48,660 bases of DNA. Origin: Patescibacteria group bacterium. GTDB taxonomy: Bacteria; Patescibacteriota; Microgenomatia; Levybacterales; UBA12049. A model generated the notes under the pieces. The model made no database searches and was not told the origin of the DNA. It was given only the letters and a program-made list of their open reading frames with translations. Every line of letters begins with the position of its first letter. Within the stretch, counting starts at the first letter, position 1. A program made the translations under genes and the position numbers. Shown here piece after piece: positions 7,981 to 17,084 of the stretch. The stretch spans positions 1 through 48,660 of the forward strand of contig DASTLH010000036.1 in assembly GCA_035715145.1 (NCBI GenBank), given 5' to 3'.

Positions 7981-9348
7981 ATGAAGATATACAATACACT
8001 TTCCCGAAGCATTGAAGAATTTGTCCCCATTCACCCAACTACTGTTGGCATGTATTCTTGTGGCCCGACAGTTTATGACTATCAACATGTAGGACATATG
8101 CGCCGATATGTTGGAGATGATGTTTTGCTGCGGGTCTTGAGGGCAAACGGATACGTAGTCCATCATGTTATGAACATTACTGATGTTGGTCATTTGGTAA
8201 GTGATGAGGATACGGGTGAGGATAAGATGGAAAAGGGAGCAAAAAAGTATGGCAAAGACGTGTGGGAGCTGGCAAAAATGTTTGAACAACAATTTACTCA
8301 ATCATGCAAAGCACTGGGAATTACATTACCAACAGATTTAATGCATGCAACAGATTTTATTCCTGAGCAAATTACACTCATTAAAAAACTAGAAGAAAAA
8401 GGATTTACCTACAAGATTGAAGATGGAATTTATTTTGACACATCAAAATTCCCAGATTATTTTAAGCTCTCACGACAAAATCCTGAAGAATTAAAAAAAG
8501 GTGCGCGAGTAGAATTTGTTAAAGATAAAAAAAATGTTTCTGATTTTGCCCTGTGGAAGTTTAGTCCCACTAATGAAAAACGCCAAATGGAATGGGAAAG
8601 TCCATGGGGAGTAGGGTTTCCTGGGTGGCATATAGAATGTAGTGCCATGTCTATGAAGGCTTTGGGAAATCATTTTGATATTCACACAGGAGGAATAGAT
8701 CATATCAATATTCATCACACAAATGAAATTGCACAATCTGAGGCGGTAACTGGCGAGAAATTTGTGAATTACTGGGTTCATCATAATTTTTTGGTGGTGA
8801 ATGGAGAAAAAATGAGTAAGAGTTTGGGGAATTTCTATACTGTTCAAGATCTCATTAAAGACGGATATGACCCGCTTGCCTTACGTTATCTCATTTTACA
8901 AACCCATTATCGACAAGAAATGAATTTTACTCTAGATAGCCTTAAAGCAGCAGAAGTAGCGCTTATGAAACTGAGAAGTCACATGGGAGAAGAAGAGCAT
9001 TCTATTCCAAATCTTGTTTGGATGGAAAAGTTTATGGACGCTTTAAATGATGATTTAAATACTGCAAAAGCTCTGGCAGTTGTATGGGAAATGGTAAAAG
9101 ATGATGCACTTATTTTGGGAGAGAAAAAAGCAACACTTTTGGAAATGGATAAAATTTTAGGTTTGGATCTTGATAAAAAAACAACGGTTGAGGTTCCTCA
9201 AGCTGTTGTGGATTTAGTTTCACAAAGAGAAGCATTCAGAAAAGCAGGAGATTGGGGAGCATCTGATGAAATGAGATCAAAAATACAGGACTTAGGATGG
9301 GAAGTGGAAGATAGTAAAAACGGCACAAAAGTTACTCCTAAAAAATAA
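7981..9348 (+). CDS. cysS: cysteine--tRNA ligase
   Basis: CGPTVYDYQHVGHMR (HIGH-type motif), KMSKS, and the WHIECS zinc/Cys-binding motif. Confidence 0.95.
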   Translation: MKIYNTLSRSIEEFVPIHPTTVGMYSCGPTVYDYQHVGHMRRYVGDDVLLRVLRANGYVVHHVMNITDVGHLVSDEDTGEDKMEKGAKKYGKDVWELAKMFEQQFTQSCKALGITLPTDLMHATDFIPEQITLIKKLEEKGFTYKIEDGIYFDTSKFPDYFKLSRQNPEELKKGARVEFVKDKKNVSDFALWKFSPTNEKRQMEWESPWGVGFPGWHIECSAMSMKALGNHFDIHTGGIDHINIHHTNEIAQSEAVTGEKFVNYWVHHNFLVVNGEKMSKSLGNFYTVQDLIKDGYDPLALRYLILQTHYRQEMNFTLDSLKAAEVALMKLRSHMGEEEHSIPNLVWMEKFMDALNDDLNTAKALAVVWEMVKDDALILGEKKATLLEMDKILGLDLDKKTTVEVPQAVVDLVSQREAFRKAGDWGASDEMRSKIQDLGWEVEDSKNGTKVTPKK

Positions 9349-9366
9349 TCCTCATTACTTTAACCA

Positions 9367-9395
9367 TTGACACAGTTTTCTCCGATTGCTATACC
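9367..9395 (+). promoter_or_regulatory. sigma70-type promoter (TTGACA-17-TGcTATACC)
   Basis: TTGACA at 9367-9372, 17-nt spacer, -10 at 9390-9395 preceded by TGc. SD GGGAGGTGA at 9402-9410, ATG at 9418. Confidence 0.6.
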
Positions 9396-9417
9396 TGAGA
9401 AGGGAGGTGAGAATACT

Positions 9418-9663
9418 ATGGCAGCAGTAGAACAAAATTTGGCTGGGGTAGCAGAAGAAGCTGGTGCTCTTGCAATAGCGCGAGCAGTTGTGGGAGAGAT
9501 GAATACCGTGCCAGGCCGTCTTCGTCGAATGGTTTCTGATCCTGCAGGGAGAATAGCAACAATTGATATCGGCGCAGTTGTAGAACAACGCCAATTTGAA
9601 GAGTATCAAGATGCACAAGCAGCAGGATTAAAGGCTCAATTGAAAAATACATTTGGTATATAA
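9418..9663 (+). CDS. small Ala-rich hypothetical protein (81 aa)
   Basis: ATG 9418 sits behind a canonical promoter and a strong SD. The ORF-track start at 9367 lies inside that promoter. Confidence 0.6.
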   Translation: MAAVEQNLAGVAEEAGALAIARAVVGEMNTVPGRLRRMVSDPAGRIATIDIGAVVEQRQFEEYQDAQAAGLKAQLKNTFGI

Positions 9664-10000
9664 TACAGAGGTGGATTCACTTATCTGTCCAAATTGCCAA
9701 ACAATTGCTATTCCGGGTAGTGTGTTTTGTGCCCATTGTGGGTTTCCTCTTACTTCAGCTTCAAACAAGGTTTCTTTTGGTAAGCAAGTCTGGATTTATT
9801 TTGTTAGTTTTTTTCTTCCGCCACTTGGACTTATCTGGGCTTTTAAATTCATGAGGTCCTCAGATAGTCAAAAACAGAAAATTACTATTGTAGCTATTAT
9901 TTTGACTGTTGTTGGCCTTCTTCTCACTGTCTGGGCAGGGTTTGGCATTTTTCAGTCAGCCCAGACCCAATTAAATAGCTATCAAAATTTGGGACTATAA
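9653..10000 (+). CDS. zinc-ribbon domain membrane protein
   Basis: CPNC-x14-CAHC zinc ribbon followed by two hydrophobic helices. The start is uncertain, TTG 9653 or GTG 9671. Confidence 0.6.
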   Translation: MVYNTEVDSLICPNCQTIAIPGSVFCAHCGFPLTSASNKVSFGKQVWIYFVSFFLPPLGLIWAFKFMRSSDSQKQKITIVAIILTVVGLLLTVWAGFGIFQSAQTQLNSYQNLGL

Positions 10001-10002
10001 AT

Positions 10003-10200
10003 TTAATTTTCAGGGGCTGCGTTTTGTTGGAGAAATCGTCTTATTCTTCCTCTTCTGAGAAGTTGTTGTGATTGGGTATCCTTATGCATTGCTGCATGAT
10101 TGCCTTTATCTGCATAATGAGGCTCTGTCCACTCGTTTTGTTCTCCCCAGTCTTCTTCAGGAAGAACCCCTTTTGAGTTTTCAGGCCTTTTAAGTGCCAT
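10003..10200 (-). CDS. small acidic/basic hypothetical protein (65 aa)
   Basis: ATG at 10200 with TATACT (10210-10215, minus strand) 9 nt upstream. No recognised motif. Confidence 0.35.
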   Translation of the reverse strand: MALKRPENSKGVLPEEDWGEQNEWTEPHYADKGNHAAMHKDTQSQQLLRRGRIRRFLQQNAAPEN

Positions 10201-10245
10201 TTCTCAAAAAGTATACAACAATAACCTTGTGATGAAAAGTAATTG

Positions 10246-10274
10246 TTGATTCATCTCTTCACTATTCGTATAAT
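10246..10274 (+). promoter_or_regulatory. promoter TTGATT-17-TATAAT, 7 nt upstream of ATG 10282
   Basis: TTGATT at 10246-10251 and TATAAT at 10269-10274. The TTG at 10243 and ATG at 10273 would lie inside the promoter. Confidence 0.5.
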
Positions 10275-10281
10275 GGCGTGT

Positions 10282-11145
10282 ATGAAATCTTCAGAAGTTC
10301 GATTTGGTGCAATGGCAGATCCCCATTGTGGGGGAGAAGAGGCATTGTATGGTTCTTTACAGTACTGGAAGACAGAAGCGCAAAAAGCAAAGGAAAAGGG
10401 TGCGTCATTTCTTGCTCTTGCTGGAGATATAACCCATAGAGGAAAACCAGAAGAAGCAGCTTTAATTGCTGGAGTTTTGGTTGATGTTTTTGGAAAAGGA
10501 AATGTTTTTACTGTTTTGGGAAATCACGATTTACTCTCTGGACAAGAACGACAAATAAAAAGGATTTTAGAAAGAAGAGGTGTGGTTGTGATGGATGATA
10601 AGGCAACAGTGAGAGTGATCAATGGTCAAAGAGTTGGATTTATTGGCATGAATGGGTCGGTTAGTATTGAAGAGCATAGTGCAATTGCAAAACTTCCTCC
10701 AGAAGCGCGGCCGCAAGCGTTTCACGCAATTACTGCGAGAAGATATCTCCCACAATTTTTGGAAAATTTGGCAGCATTAGAGAGGTCACAAGTTGATGCA
10801 ATTGTTGCACTTATTCATATTCCCATTACCAGACATCAATATTCCGATTTACCCCATGACAGGCTTCATGAAATGACAGACCAAACCGCACTTGCTTTGG
10901 AATCAGCAAGCGCTGTTGCAAAAATTGCTGTAGGGGGACATTCTCATAGTTCTCGGGGAAATCCGATGTGGATGCGTCTTGATCCTGTTGCCTATACAGA
11001 AAATGGACTTGTTGCCCTTAATGTGGCGGGCCCTACATCAATTTATCATGGAAGAGACGGGATTGAAGTAATGAGTTTGTTTGCCAGCCAGCACGAACCA
11101 GTACGACGGTTGAGAAACAGTGCTCCTATAAGTGACGTGTCTTAG
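10282..11145 (+). CDS. calcineurin-like metallophosphoesterase
   Basis: Motifs in order: ADPHCG (DxH), LAGDITHRG (GDxxxRG), LGNHD (GNHD/E), LIHIP, GGHSH (GHxH). Confidence 0.8.
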   Translation: MKSSEVRFGAMADPHCGGEEALYGSLQYWKTEAQKAKEKGASFLALAGDITHRGKPEEAALIAGVLVDVFGKGNVFTVLGNHDLLSGQERQIKRILERRGVVVMDDKATVRVINGQRVGFIGMNGSVSIEEHSAIAKLPPEARPQAFHAITARRYLPQFLENLAALERSQVDAIVALIHIPITRHQYSDLPHDRLHEMTDQTALALESASAVAKIAVGGHSHSSRGNPMWMRLDPVAYTENGLVALNVAGPTSIYHGRDGIEVMSLFASQHEPVRRLRNSAPISDVS

Positions 11146-12032
11146 GCTATCAGAGATTTCATCCAGGAGATAACCTTTTCATGATACGCTCTGTATTTTG
11201 ATCCAAGCAGTCCGTCATGCGGGGAATAGGGCACCGTGTCTGTTAGCATTGCCAGTTCTCTATAGGCGTCTTGGACCTGTTTTGGAATGACTGAGTCTTC
11301 TTTCCCATATAAAACATATAGTGGGTATCTTCTGGAGAGAATTTTCCAATACATAAGCGTATGAGATTGTGCAATTAGTTCTTCCGGGTGAGCCGCTGAT
11401 TCTCTGAGCATTTTTGTTCGAGTTTGATTTTGGTCTCGTGCCGGAAGATTTTGGACATCTCTTGTATAGGCAGCTGGTCCAAAGAGAACAACGCCTTTAA
11501 TAAGCGGGATTATTTGAAGTGCCTCAGAGGAGCGGGGATGAGACGGATCTGTTGCTATATCATATAATTTTGCCAGAGCTAATGCTGCGTCTGATGCGCC
11601 CATACTCACGGCACTGATAATGATATTTTGGGGGTGAAGAGTGTTGTAGGTATAAAAAAGTGCATTGAGCGCATTATCTGCTCTGTTAATGAGTGATTGT
11701 TCGTTATAAAATTCTTGATTGTCACTCCCAACGCCCAGACTGTTATAGACAACAGATGCAATTTTGTCTTGTCCTTTCCCTTGGAATTCCAGCTCATCTT
11801 GAAATGGTGCATACGTAATTCGTGGATCTTTGCTTGGACCTGATGCTCCATGAATAAAAAGAAGAGCAGTAGCAACTGGTTGGGTTGCATCCTCTGGGGA
11901 AAGCATCTTTGCGTCTATCGTGTATGTGGGTGCAAGATTGTTTCCATCATCAAAAAATCGTGTAGCAATAATTGCAACTCGACGGGGTTTAAATAATTCC
12001 CTGGCGGCAAATGGGTTTTCAGACTGGGCCAT
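11142..12032 (-). CDS. alpha/beta-fold hydrolase
   Basis: Oxyanion-type FIHGASG and a nucleophile elbow variant AVSMGAS. Last gene of the minus-strand ABC operon. Confidence 0.6.
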   Translation of the reverse strand: MAQSENPFAARELFKPRRVAIIATRFFDDGNNLAPTYTIDAKMLSPEDATQPVATALLFIHGASGPSKDPRITYAPFQDELEFQGKGQDKIASVVYNSLGVGSDNQEFYNEQSLINRADNALNALFYTYNTLHPQNIIISAVSMGASDAALALAKLYDIATDPSHPRSSEALQIIPLIKGVVLFGPAAYTRDVQNLPARDQNQTRTKMLRESAAHPEELIAQSHTLMYWKILSRRYPLYVLYGKEDSVIPKQVQDAYRELAMLTDTVPYSPHDGLLGSKYRAYHEKVISWMKSLIA

Positions 12033-12033
12033 A

Positions 12034-12321
12034 TTAGTGGATTCCTATAAAATCTATCTTGGGGAACTTTGCTCTAATGACCTCCCAAAATTTATCAGAA
12101 AGATTGCTTGAAAATTTTCCATACTTTCCGCTTTCGGAAGTGTTGCAAAGAATATTTTCATATTTTCTAATAACTCCTAAAACTTCTTCTCCTAAATCAT
12201 TAAATTCTTTCTGCCATTTTTTACTATCTTTTTCGTAAAGCGAATGCATTTTTTCAAATGCTGAAAACAGATCAGTGTGGTAATCAAGCATATCTTGAAA
12301 TGTTTGTTGGTACTTTGTCAT
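12034..12321 (-). CDS. small helical hypothetical protein (95 aa)
   Basis: ATG at 12321 lies 1 nt after the permease stop (TAAtATG). The longer ORF-track version (to 12486) would overlap the permease by 164 nt. Confidence 0.55.
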   Translation of the reverse strand: MTKYQQTFQDMLDYHTDLFSAFEKMHSLYEKDSKKWQKEFNDLGEEVLGVIRKYENILCNTSESGKYGKFSSNLSDKFWEVIRAKFPKIDFIGIH

Positions 12322-12322
12322 A

Positions 12323-13111
12323 TTATGCTTCGTTTCTGGCAAATTGTCCTGTGTCTCGAGATTTATTATACATTTTTTTGAAAAAGAACACAGCAAGAAT
12401 GACATATAAAATGTTTTCTGCAAATGAAATGCCCAAAAGCTGCCAATTAACATTGTGAGAAAAAAGGGCAAAACGCGCTGCTTCAAAAGAAAAGGTAGGC
12501 GGGAAAAGATATGACATATATTGAAGTGGGAGGGGAAGTATTTTTACCGGATAGATTGCTGCCATTAATGGTTGAAGAATGGGAAGAAATCCCCATGCAA
12601 GGGACTGAATACGGGTACTAAATCTAAAAATAAGTCCAGTAATAATAACTCCCATTGCAAATGCAAACAGAATAAAATTAATATAAACGCCAAGAAGAGA
12701 AATAAATCCAATACTAAAAATGTTAAAGTGAAAAACAAAAAAACAGACAACTGCATTGAGAAAAAATACTAATACAGATTTTGCTATTGCAGAAATTGTT
12801 TGAGCAAAAATATATTCTTTTATTGTTAAAGGAGTGATAAAAAGATTACTTAAATTTCGAGACCAGATATTCCATAAAGACCCAATGGGAATAGAGTACT
12901 GGGTGATAAAAATAATTTGCCAGAGAATCATTCCCATGACAACACTTTGTCCAATTTGTGGGTTGCCTTTTCCTATGAGGTATAACGAAAGAAACCCAAA
13001 AACAACGACACTCATTAATGGATACACCAAAATATCCATAATGTATTCCATGGCATGAATAAATACAAAAAATTCTTGTAAAAATATTGCTTTAATTCTA
13101 TGTAGTTTCAT
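12323..13111 (-). CDS. ABC-2 type transporter permease
   Basis: Six hydrophobic segments. Directly downstream of, and overlapping, the ATPase gene. ATG 13111 preferred; ATG 13144 is possible. Confidence 0.8.
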   Translation of the reverse strand: MKLHRIKAIFLQEFFVFIHAMEYIMDILVYPLMSVVVFGFLSLYLIGKGNPQIGQSVVMGMILWQIIFITQYSIPIGSLWNIWSRNLSNLFITPLTIKEYIFAQTISAIAKSVLVFFLNAVVCFFVFHFNIFSIGFISLLGVYINFILFAFAMGVIITGLIFRFSTRIQSLAWGFLPILQPLMAAIYPVKILPLPLQYMSYLFPPTFSFEAARFALFSHNVNWQLLGISFAENILYVILAVFFFKKMYNKSRDTGQFARNEA

Positions 13112-14030
13112 ATGCTTCTCCTCTGGCAATTTGTAAAAATACATCCTCTAGATTTGGTTTTTTCACTTCAATATCTGTTATCCAAATTCCTTCTTGGCTT
13201 AATCCAAAAATAATTTTGGGAATATTTTTCTCAATTGTTTCAATACCAACAGTATGTTTTTCCTCAAAAGAAAAACTGTAATTATTTTTTTGCAAATACT
13301 CTGCAACTTTTTTCTCACCATCATCAAACATAAGCCGTAAATGTGCCCGTTGGATGCGCTTAGTTAATCCAAGGGGAGTATCCTGAGCAACAATTTTTCC
13401 TTTGTCCAAAAAAATAACTTCATCACAAATCCGAGTTACTTCCTCCATATTATGGCTGGTAAAAAGAAGAGAAAGGTTGCGCGTTTTTCTTAGTTCTTCA
13501 ATAAGTGAAAGAGTTTTGTCTGCAATATCCGGATCAAGAGAGGCAGTTGGTTCGTCCATAAGGAGAATTTCTGGATCATTCAAAAGTGATTTTACCAAAT
13601 TGACACGGGTTTTTTGTCCGGCAGAAAGGTTTTGATAAAGCTCGCGGGCAATATGAGTAATCTCAAAATATTCCAGGAGTTCGTCTATTTTTTTCTTTGC
13701 ATTTTTAATTCCATACAGATTGGCATATACAAGGAGATTTTCGTACGCAGTGATTCTTCCTAAAAGAGTATTAAAAGCAGAACCAAAATTAATCTTTTGA
13801 AGACAAAATTCTTTATGCTTTGCAAAATCTTTTCCAAAATAGGAGATTGTCCCTCCGTTGGGGAGAGTAATGCCACAAAGAATTTGAATAGTGGTTGTTT
13901 TTCCTGCACCATTTGGTCCTAAAAACCCAACTGCTTTTCCCCTCTCAACTTGAAATGAAATTCCATCTACCGCGCGGTAATTTCCATAATTTTTAACTAA
14001 ATTTTTAACTTCTAATAAGATATCAGACAT
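13098..14030 (-). CDS. ABC transporter ATP-binding protein
   Basis: Walker A GPNGAGKTT, signature LSAGQKTR, Walker B LLMDEPT, H-loop TSH. Confidence 0.93.
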   Translation of the reverse strand: MSDILLEVKNLVKNYGNYRAVDGISFQVERGKAVGFLGPNGAGKTTTIQILCGITLPNGGTISYFGKDFAKHKEFCLQKINFGSAFNTLLGRITAYENLLVYANLYGIKNAKKKIDELLEYFEITHIARELYQNLSAGQKTRVNLVKSLLNDPEILLMDEPTASLDPDIADKTLSLIEELRKTRNLSLLFTSHNMEEVTRICDEVIFLDKGKIVAQDTPLGLTKRIQRAHLRLMFDDGEKKVAEYLQKNNYSFSFEEKHTVGIETIEKNIPKIIFGLSQEGIWITDIEVKKPNLEDVFLQIARGEAYETT

Positions 14031-14036
14031 AAAATT

Positions 14037-14045
14037 ATTGTATCA
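14037..14045 (-). promoter_or_regulatory. extended -10 (TGaTACAAT on the minus strand) 6 nt upstream of the ABC ATPase ATG
   Basis: The reverse complement of 14037-14045 is TGATACAAT. ATG at 14030, no SD. Confidence 0.45.
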
Positions 14046-14057
14046 GAAATCGAGCCT

Positions 14058-15092
14058 GTGACAATGACAAAAATAGGCGTTCCTGATAAAATACAGAGTA
14101 TGACAGAAATCCATTCTCCTGAGTCTGGCATGGGAAGAAAATTTGAACTCCAAACAGATTTGTCTCATGCTACAGTACGGCCCAACGCAGAGGTAACTCA
14201 TCTTCATCTTAACGGGCAAACTATTTTTTTTGGTGCAACAAAATTACGAACACTATCTGCCCCAAAACATAAAGATACAAATTCTGATGAAATAGCTGAT
14301 ACCAATATTGAGGGAGGGTCATTTGTTGCCTGGCCATTTGGGCGCAAAGCATTTGATTACCTTCGTAATAATCCTGCAATTCATGGTGTTGGTGCATTGC
14401 TTCATCAATGGAAGGTGATTCCTGTGAGAGCAGAATTACGAAGTAGTGTGGTTGCTTTAGAAAAACAAGGAGGAACCTATTTTGAGCAGGCATTTGGTTC
14501 TGATAATTACTCTCTTTTAAGAGCAGTTGCTCTTACCAATACCGAGGGTACAAATCATGCAATTCTTTCAACAACGGTTATGTACAGTGGAAATGAGAAA
14601 GATGATGCTCAGGGACAGTTTTACCCCCTTGCAGAGCATTCTTATTATACAGTTGAGAGTTATGAAAGTGCCTGTGTTGCTCTTCGAGATAAAACAGGTG
14701 TAATACAAATAAAACCATTGAAAAGTTTTGAGAGTCCAAATAAAAAAGGAGAAATGGTTTTGGATTCTGATTGTGCAAATGAAATGGTAGAGATAGAACC
14801 AGGAACTGTCTGGTTGTTGCCCGATGGTCCGAAGGGAAGAGTAGTAGTGATAAAAAGATCAATAGCATTTCAGAAAGCAGATGGATCAGTCGCCTCAGAG
14901 CCTGTGTCCAGCCATTGGGTTTTGTATCACAAAATGGATAGTGAACATACAAATCCTGCTGCAGTTGCAATAGAACCGGTTGCTGGTGATTTTGATGCTC
15001 CAACGCGACTTTTAGCAGGGGATCGAGTGACACAAACAGTGGATATTTCTACTGCAGAAAGTTTAGATGCTCTGAGAGTTGCAGAAATTTAG
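14058..15092 (+). CDS. hypothetical protein, possibly aldose/hexose-phosphate 1-epimerase-like
   Basis: 344-aa ORF. GGSFVAWPFGR resembles the GG.P..FP..GR loop of the mutarotase superfamily. It converges on, and overlaps, the hexokinase gene. Start is GTG 14058 or ATG 14064. Confidence 0.3.
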   Translation: MTMTKIGVPDKIQSMTEIHSPESGMGRKFELQTDLSHATVRPNAEVTHLHLNGQTIFFGATKLRTLSAPKHKDTNSDEIADTNIEGGSFVAWPFGRKAFDYLRNNPAIHGVGALLHQWKVIPVRAELRSSVVALEKQGGTYFEQAFGSDNYSLLRAVALTNTEGTNHAILSTTVMYSGNEKDDAQGQFYPLAEHSYYTVESYESACVALRDKTGVIQIKPLKSFESPNKKGEMVLDSDCANEMVEIEPGTVWLLPDGPKGRVVVIKRSIAFQKADGSVASEPVSSHWVLYHKMDSEHTNPAAVAIEPVAGDFDAPTRLLAGDRVTQTVDISTAESLDALRVAEI

Positions 15093-16162
15093 GCAATAAG
15101 TTTGGCAGCTCCTAGATAATCGGCTAAATCTACATAGGCAAAATCAGCTTTATATTCTGGGGCAAGTTCTTCAAGAGTTTTCGCTACAGTTTCTTTATAC
15201 TCATAGCCTTTCCAGAAAAGGCTGCCTTGCATGACAAATGTAACGTCTTTTTTGTAAAAATTCATAATACCTGCCATCATTGCGCCAACCATTTTTGCTG
15301 ATGTATGCATAACATCAAGTGCAATATCACTGACTTGTGGAATTTCTTGGCGGATGACACTATCTAGCTCTTGTGTGTTTTTAATAAAGGGATACTTAAT
15401 TTTTTTATCTCTAATTTGCATATTAAAATGCTCATGCAAATATGCTCCAGCAGTTTCTTTTTCCCACACATGAAAGCCTGGTACTTCTGAATGTCTGTCA
15501 ATTGTTTGTGCTTCGGGCCCAACAGGAAATTTATCAAAGTCAGATGCTTCAAGATTAACCGCATGAGTTGCATCAAGGAAAATGGCAAAATTCATGCCGG
15601 TTCCAACAATCCCTGCAGCAAGGTTTTCTGCCGGATATTTTGTGAGTCCTGAAAGCATAAGACAAATAGTGTCATTGGCAATTGATGCTTTGATGTCTCT
15701 TCCTTGATCTTCTTTGACAAACTTTTCCAGCTCTTCACAAACATTTTCTCCAAGAAGTCCTTCAAATCTATGCTCTTTTGCTGCACCGACTAATTTCCCA
15801 TCAAGCCTGCCATCTCTGAAAAATGGTTCAACTGCTTGAGCAATGTTAATGGCAAGATAGCTAATTCTTGGAGAAAGGTTTTCAGAGATAAAAGAGAGGA
15901 AATCTTCTTTTGTGTCAAAAATTGGATGGGAGCGCTCAATAGGCGTTTTTACTTCAAGCTGATTATTTTTTTTTGTAATGAGCGCGCTTCTAAAAATGCT
16001 TCCACCAAGTCCAATTACTTGAAATGTTTCTCCTTCTGCAACAAGTGGGTGATTGGGGAGTTGATTGATAATAAAAGGAAGGCTGGTTTTCTTGCCTTGC
16101 TCAGAAAGAGTGAGCTCTTGGGTAAAGTTGTGGGCAATATCTTCTAGGATAGGTTTGTCCAT
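15089..16162 (-). CDS. hexokinase-family sugar kinase
   Basis: GLGGSIFRS (LGGTNFR-like phosphate-1), ANDTICL (NDT motif), GIVGTGMNFA (GTG.N phosphate-2). Start set to ATG 16162 by the promoter at 16169-16197. Confidence 0.75.
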   Translation of the reverse strand: MDKPILEDIAHNFTQELTLSEQGKKTSLPFIINQLPNHPLVAEGETFQVIGLGGSIFRSALITKKNNQLEVKTPIERSHPIFDTKEDFLSFISENLSPRISYLAINIAQAVEPFFRDGRLDGKLVGAAKEHRFEGLLGENVCEELEKFVKEDQGRDIKASIANDTICLMLSGLTKYPAENLAAGIVGTGMNFAIFLDATHAVNLEASDFDKFPVGPEAQTIDRHSEVPGFHVWEKETAGAYLHEHFNMQIRDKKIKYPFIKNTQELDSVIRQEIPQVSDIALDVMHTSAKMVGAMMAGIMNFYKKDVTFVMQGSLFWKGYEYKETVAKTLEELAPEYKADFAYVDLADYLGAAKLIA

Positions 16163-16168
16163 AGGGTG

Positions 16169-16197
16169 AGCATAGGGAAAGTAACGAGAATTGTCAA
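16169..16197 (-). promoter_or_regulatory. promoter TTGACA-17-TATGCT, 6 nt upstream of the hexokinase ATG
   Basis: On the minus strand: TTGACA (16197-16192), exactly 17 nt spacer, TATGCT (16174-16169), CACCCT, ATG (16162). Confidence 0.6.
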
Positions 16198-16275
16198 GTA
16201 AATACAACCAAAAAGCATAGCAGTCCTCTTGCGGGAGTAGCTATGCCTTTTGTTCTAACTTAAACATAAATTCTT

Positions 16276-16542
16276 CTACTGATAATATGTTTCATCAGGA
16301 GTTCTGGAAAGAAATCTCCCAAGAAGGATAAGAAATATAGCTCCTATACCTGCAATAATAAGGCTTGTTATGTTAAAACTTGTAAAGGTTAATCCACCGA
16401 AATTATTCATTATTAATCCTCCTGCAATTGCTCCAAGAATTCCTAAGCTGACATCTAAAAACAATTTCTTTGTATTCTGAGCAATCAGAGAAGAAAGTCC
16501 TCCTGCTAATCCTCCTAGAATTATCATTATTATCAGTCCCAT
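16276..16542 (-). CDS. GlsB/YeaQ/YmgE-family (transglycosylase-associated) small membrane protein
   Basis: 88 aa with three Gly-rich helices (ILGGLAGGL, GILGAIAGGLI, AGIGAIFLILLG). Confidence 0.75.
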   Translation of the reverse strand: MGLIIMIILGGLAGGLSSLIAQNTKKLFLDVSLGILGAIAGGLIMNNFGGLTFTSFNITSLIIAGIGAIFLILLGRFLSRTPDETYYQ

Positions 16543-16629
16543 ATAAACACATGGTAAATGATTTTTTTGATAAACGTATACAAAGAGGGTAAGAGTGCCG
16601 TAAGAAATAAAATTCTTACAAAAAAACTA

Positions 16630-16658
16630 TTGACAACCGTAACAAAAAAGCGTAACAA
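16630..16658 (+). promoter_or_regulatory. candidate promoter TTGACA-17-TAACAA at the head of the 16.6-17.05 kb small-ORF/hairpin region
   Basis: TTGACA at 16630-16635, 17-nt spacer, TAACAA(T) at 16653-16658. Confidence 0.4.
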
Positions 16659-16753
16659 TAATGAGATGGCTTTCAATACATACAAGAAGTACTTCCTTAT
16701 TCAACCTATAAAATAGGTGGGGGAGAACGGTGTGCAAAAAGAACAATGACGTT

Positions 16754-16778
16754 CCTCCCCGAAAGGGAGGATTTTTTT
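16754..16778 (+). terminator. hairpin CCTCCC-cgaaa-GGGAGG plus T7 run (module 1): intrinsic terminator or SD-sequestering hairpin
   Basis: Stem 16754-16759 pairs with 16765-16770, T-run at 16772-16778. An upstream GGGGGAGAACG (16717-16729 region) can pair alternatively with CGTTCCTCCCC. Confidence 0.5.
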
Positions 16779-16788
16779 GGGGAAAATT

Positions 16789-16953
16789 ATGGAAAATATA
16801 GGATCACCACTACTTTATATATATTCAGCAACACTTTTGTTGGGGGTTTGTGGGAGCCAACAACTTATTGCTATTTTTAAGCGAAAACGCAGGAAGGGAG
16901 GTGAAGAAAAAACGGTTGATCCTACCTCCCGCACCGGGAGGTTTTTTCTATGA
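16789..16953 (+). CDS. mini-ORF A, 54-aa single-pass membrane peptide
   Basis: Translated by hand: MENIGSPLLYIYSATLLLGVCGSQQLIAIFKRKRRKGGEEKTVDPTSRTGRFFL. GGGG lies 6 nt upstream of the ATG. The 3' end runs through hairpin module 2. Below the ORF-track cutoff. Confidence 0.3.
   Translation: MENIGSPLLYIYSATLLLGVCGSQQLIAIFKRKRRKGGEEKTVDPTSRTGRFFL
16925..16947 (+). terminator. hairpin CCTCCC-gcacc-GGGAGG plus T6 run (module 2)
   Basis: Stem 16925-16930 pairs with 16936-16941, T-run at 16942-16947. An upstream GGGAGGT (16896-16902) can pair with ACCTCCC. The GGGAGG arm lies 8 nt upstream of ATG 16950. Confidence 0.5.
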
Positions 16954-17051
16954 AATTAGGTAGCTCATTTCAGTTAAGTAGACATGCAGCAAACTGGATA
17001 CTTTTTGTATTTGCAGTAGTTGCTCTCTTGAAATACTTTAACGTAGTTTAA
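16950..17051 (+). CDS. mini-ORF B, 33-aa hydrophobic peptide
   Basis: Translated by hand: MKLGSSFQLSRHAANWILFVFAVVALLKYFNVV. ATGA overlap with mini-ORF A. The SD GGGAGG is the 3' arm of hairpin module 2. Confidence 0.3.
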   Translation: MKLGSSFQLSRHAANWILFVFAVVALLKYFNVV

Positions 17052-17055
17052 TTAC

Positions 17056-17084
17056 AAAAAACAGAAGAGATAGCTTATCTCTTC
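17056..17084 (-). terminator. intrinsic terminator of the FKBP gene, possibly bidirectional
   Basis: Perfect 9-bp stem GAAGAGATA/TATCTCTTC (17064-17084) with a 3-nt loop. On the minus strand it is followed by TGTTTTTTG. Confidence 0.6.

Noticed and set aside
12322-12486. N-terminal extension of the 150-aa ORF 12034-12486
   Set aside because: It would overlap the ABC-2 permease 3' end by 164 nt in another frame. The internal ATG 12321 sits 1 nt after the permease stop.
14578-15033. 151-aa minus-strand ORF, with similar internal antisense ORFs at 338-655, 6502-6948, 7900-8301, 20273-20671 and 21970-22257
   Set aside because: All are nested in longer ORFs that have clear motifs or a consistent operon context. 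None has a promoter or SD signal or a recognisable motif.
16163-16207. TTG 16207 as the hexokinase start
   Set aside because: A complete TTGACA-17-TATGCT promoter occupies 16169-16197, so transcription would begin at about 16162.
16754-16947. Guanidine-II (mini-ykkC) riboswitch, suggested by two tandem hairpins upstream of small membrane peptides
   Set aside because: The loops are CGAAA and GCACC, not the conserved ACGR tetraloops.
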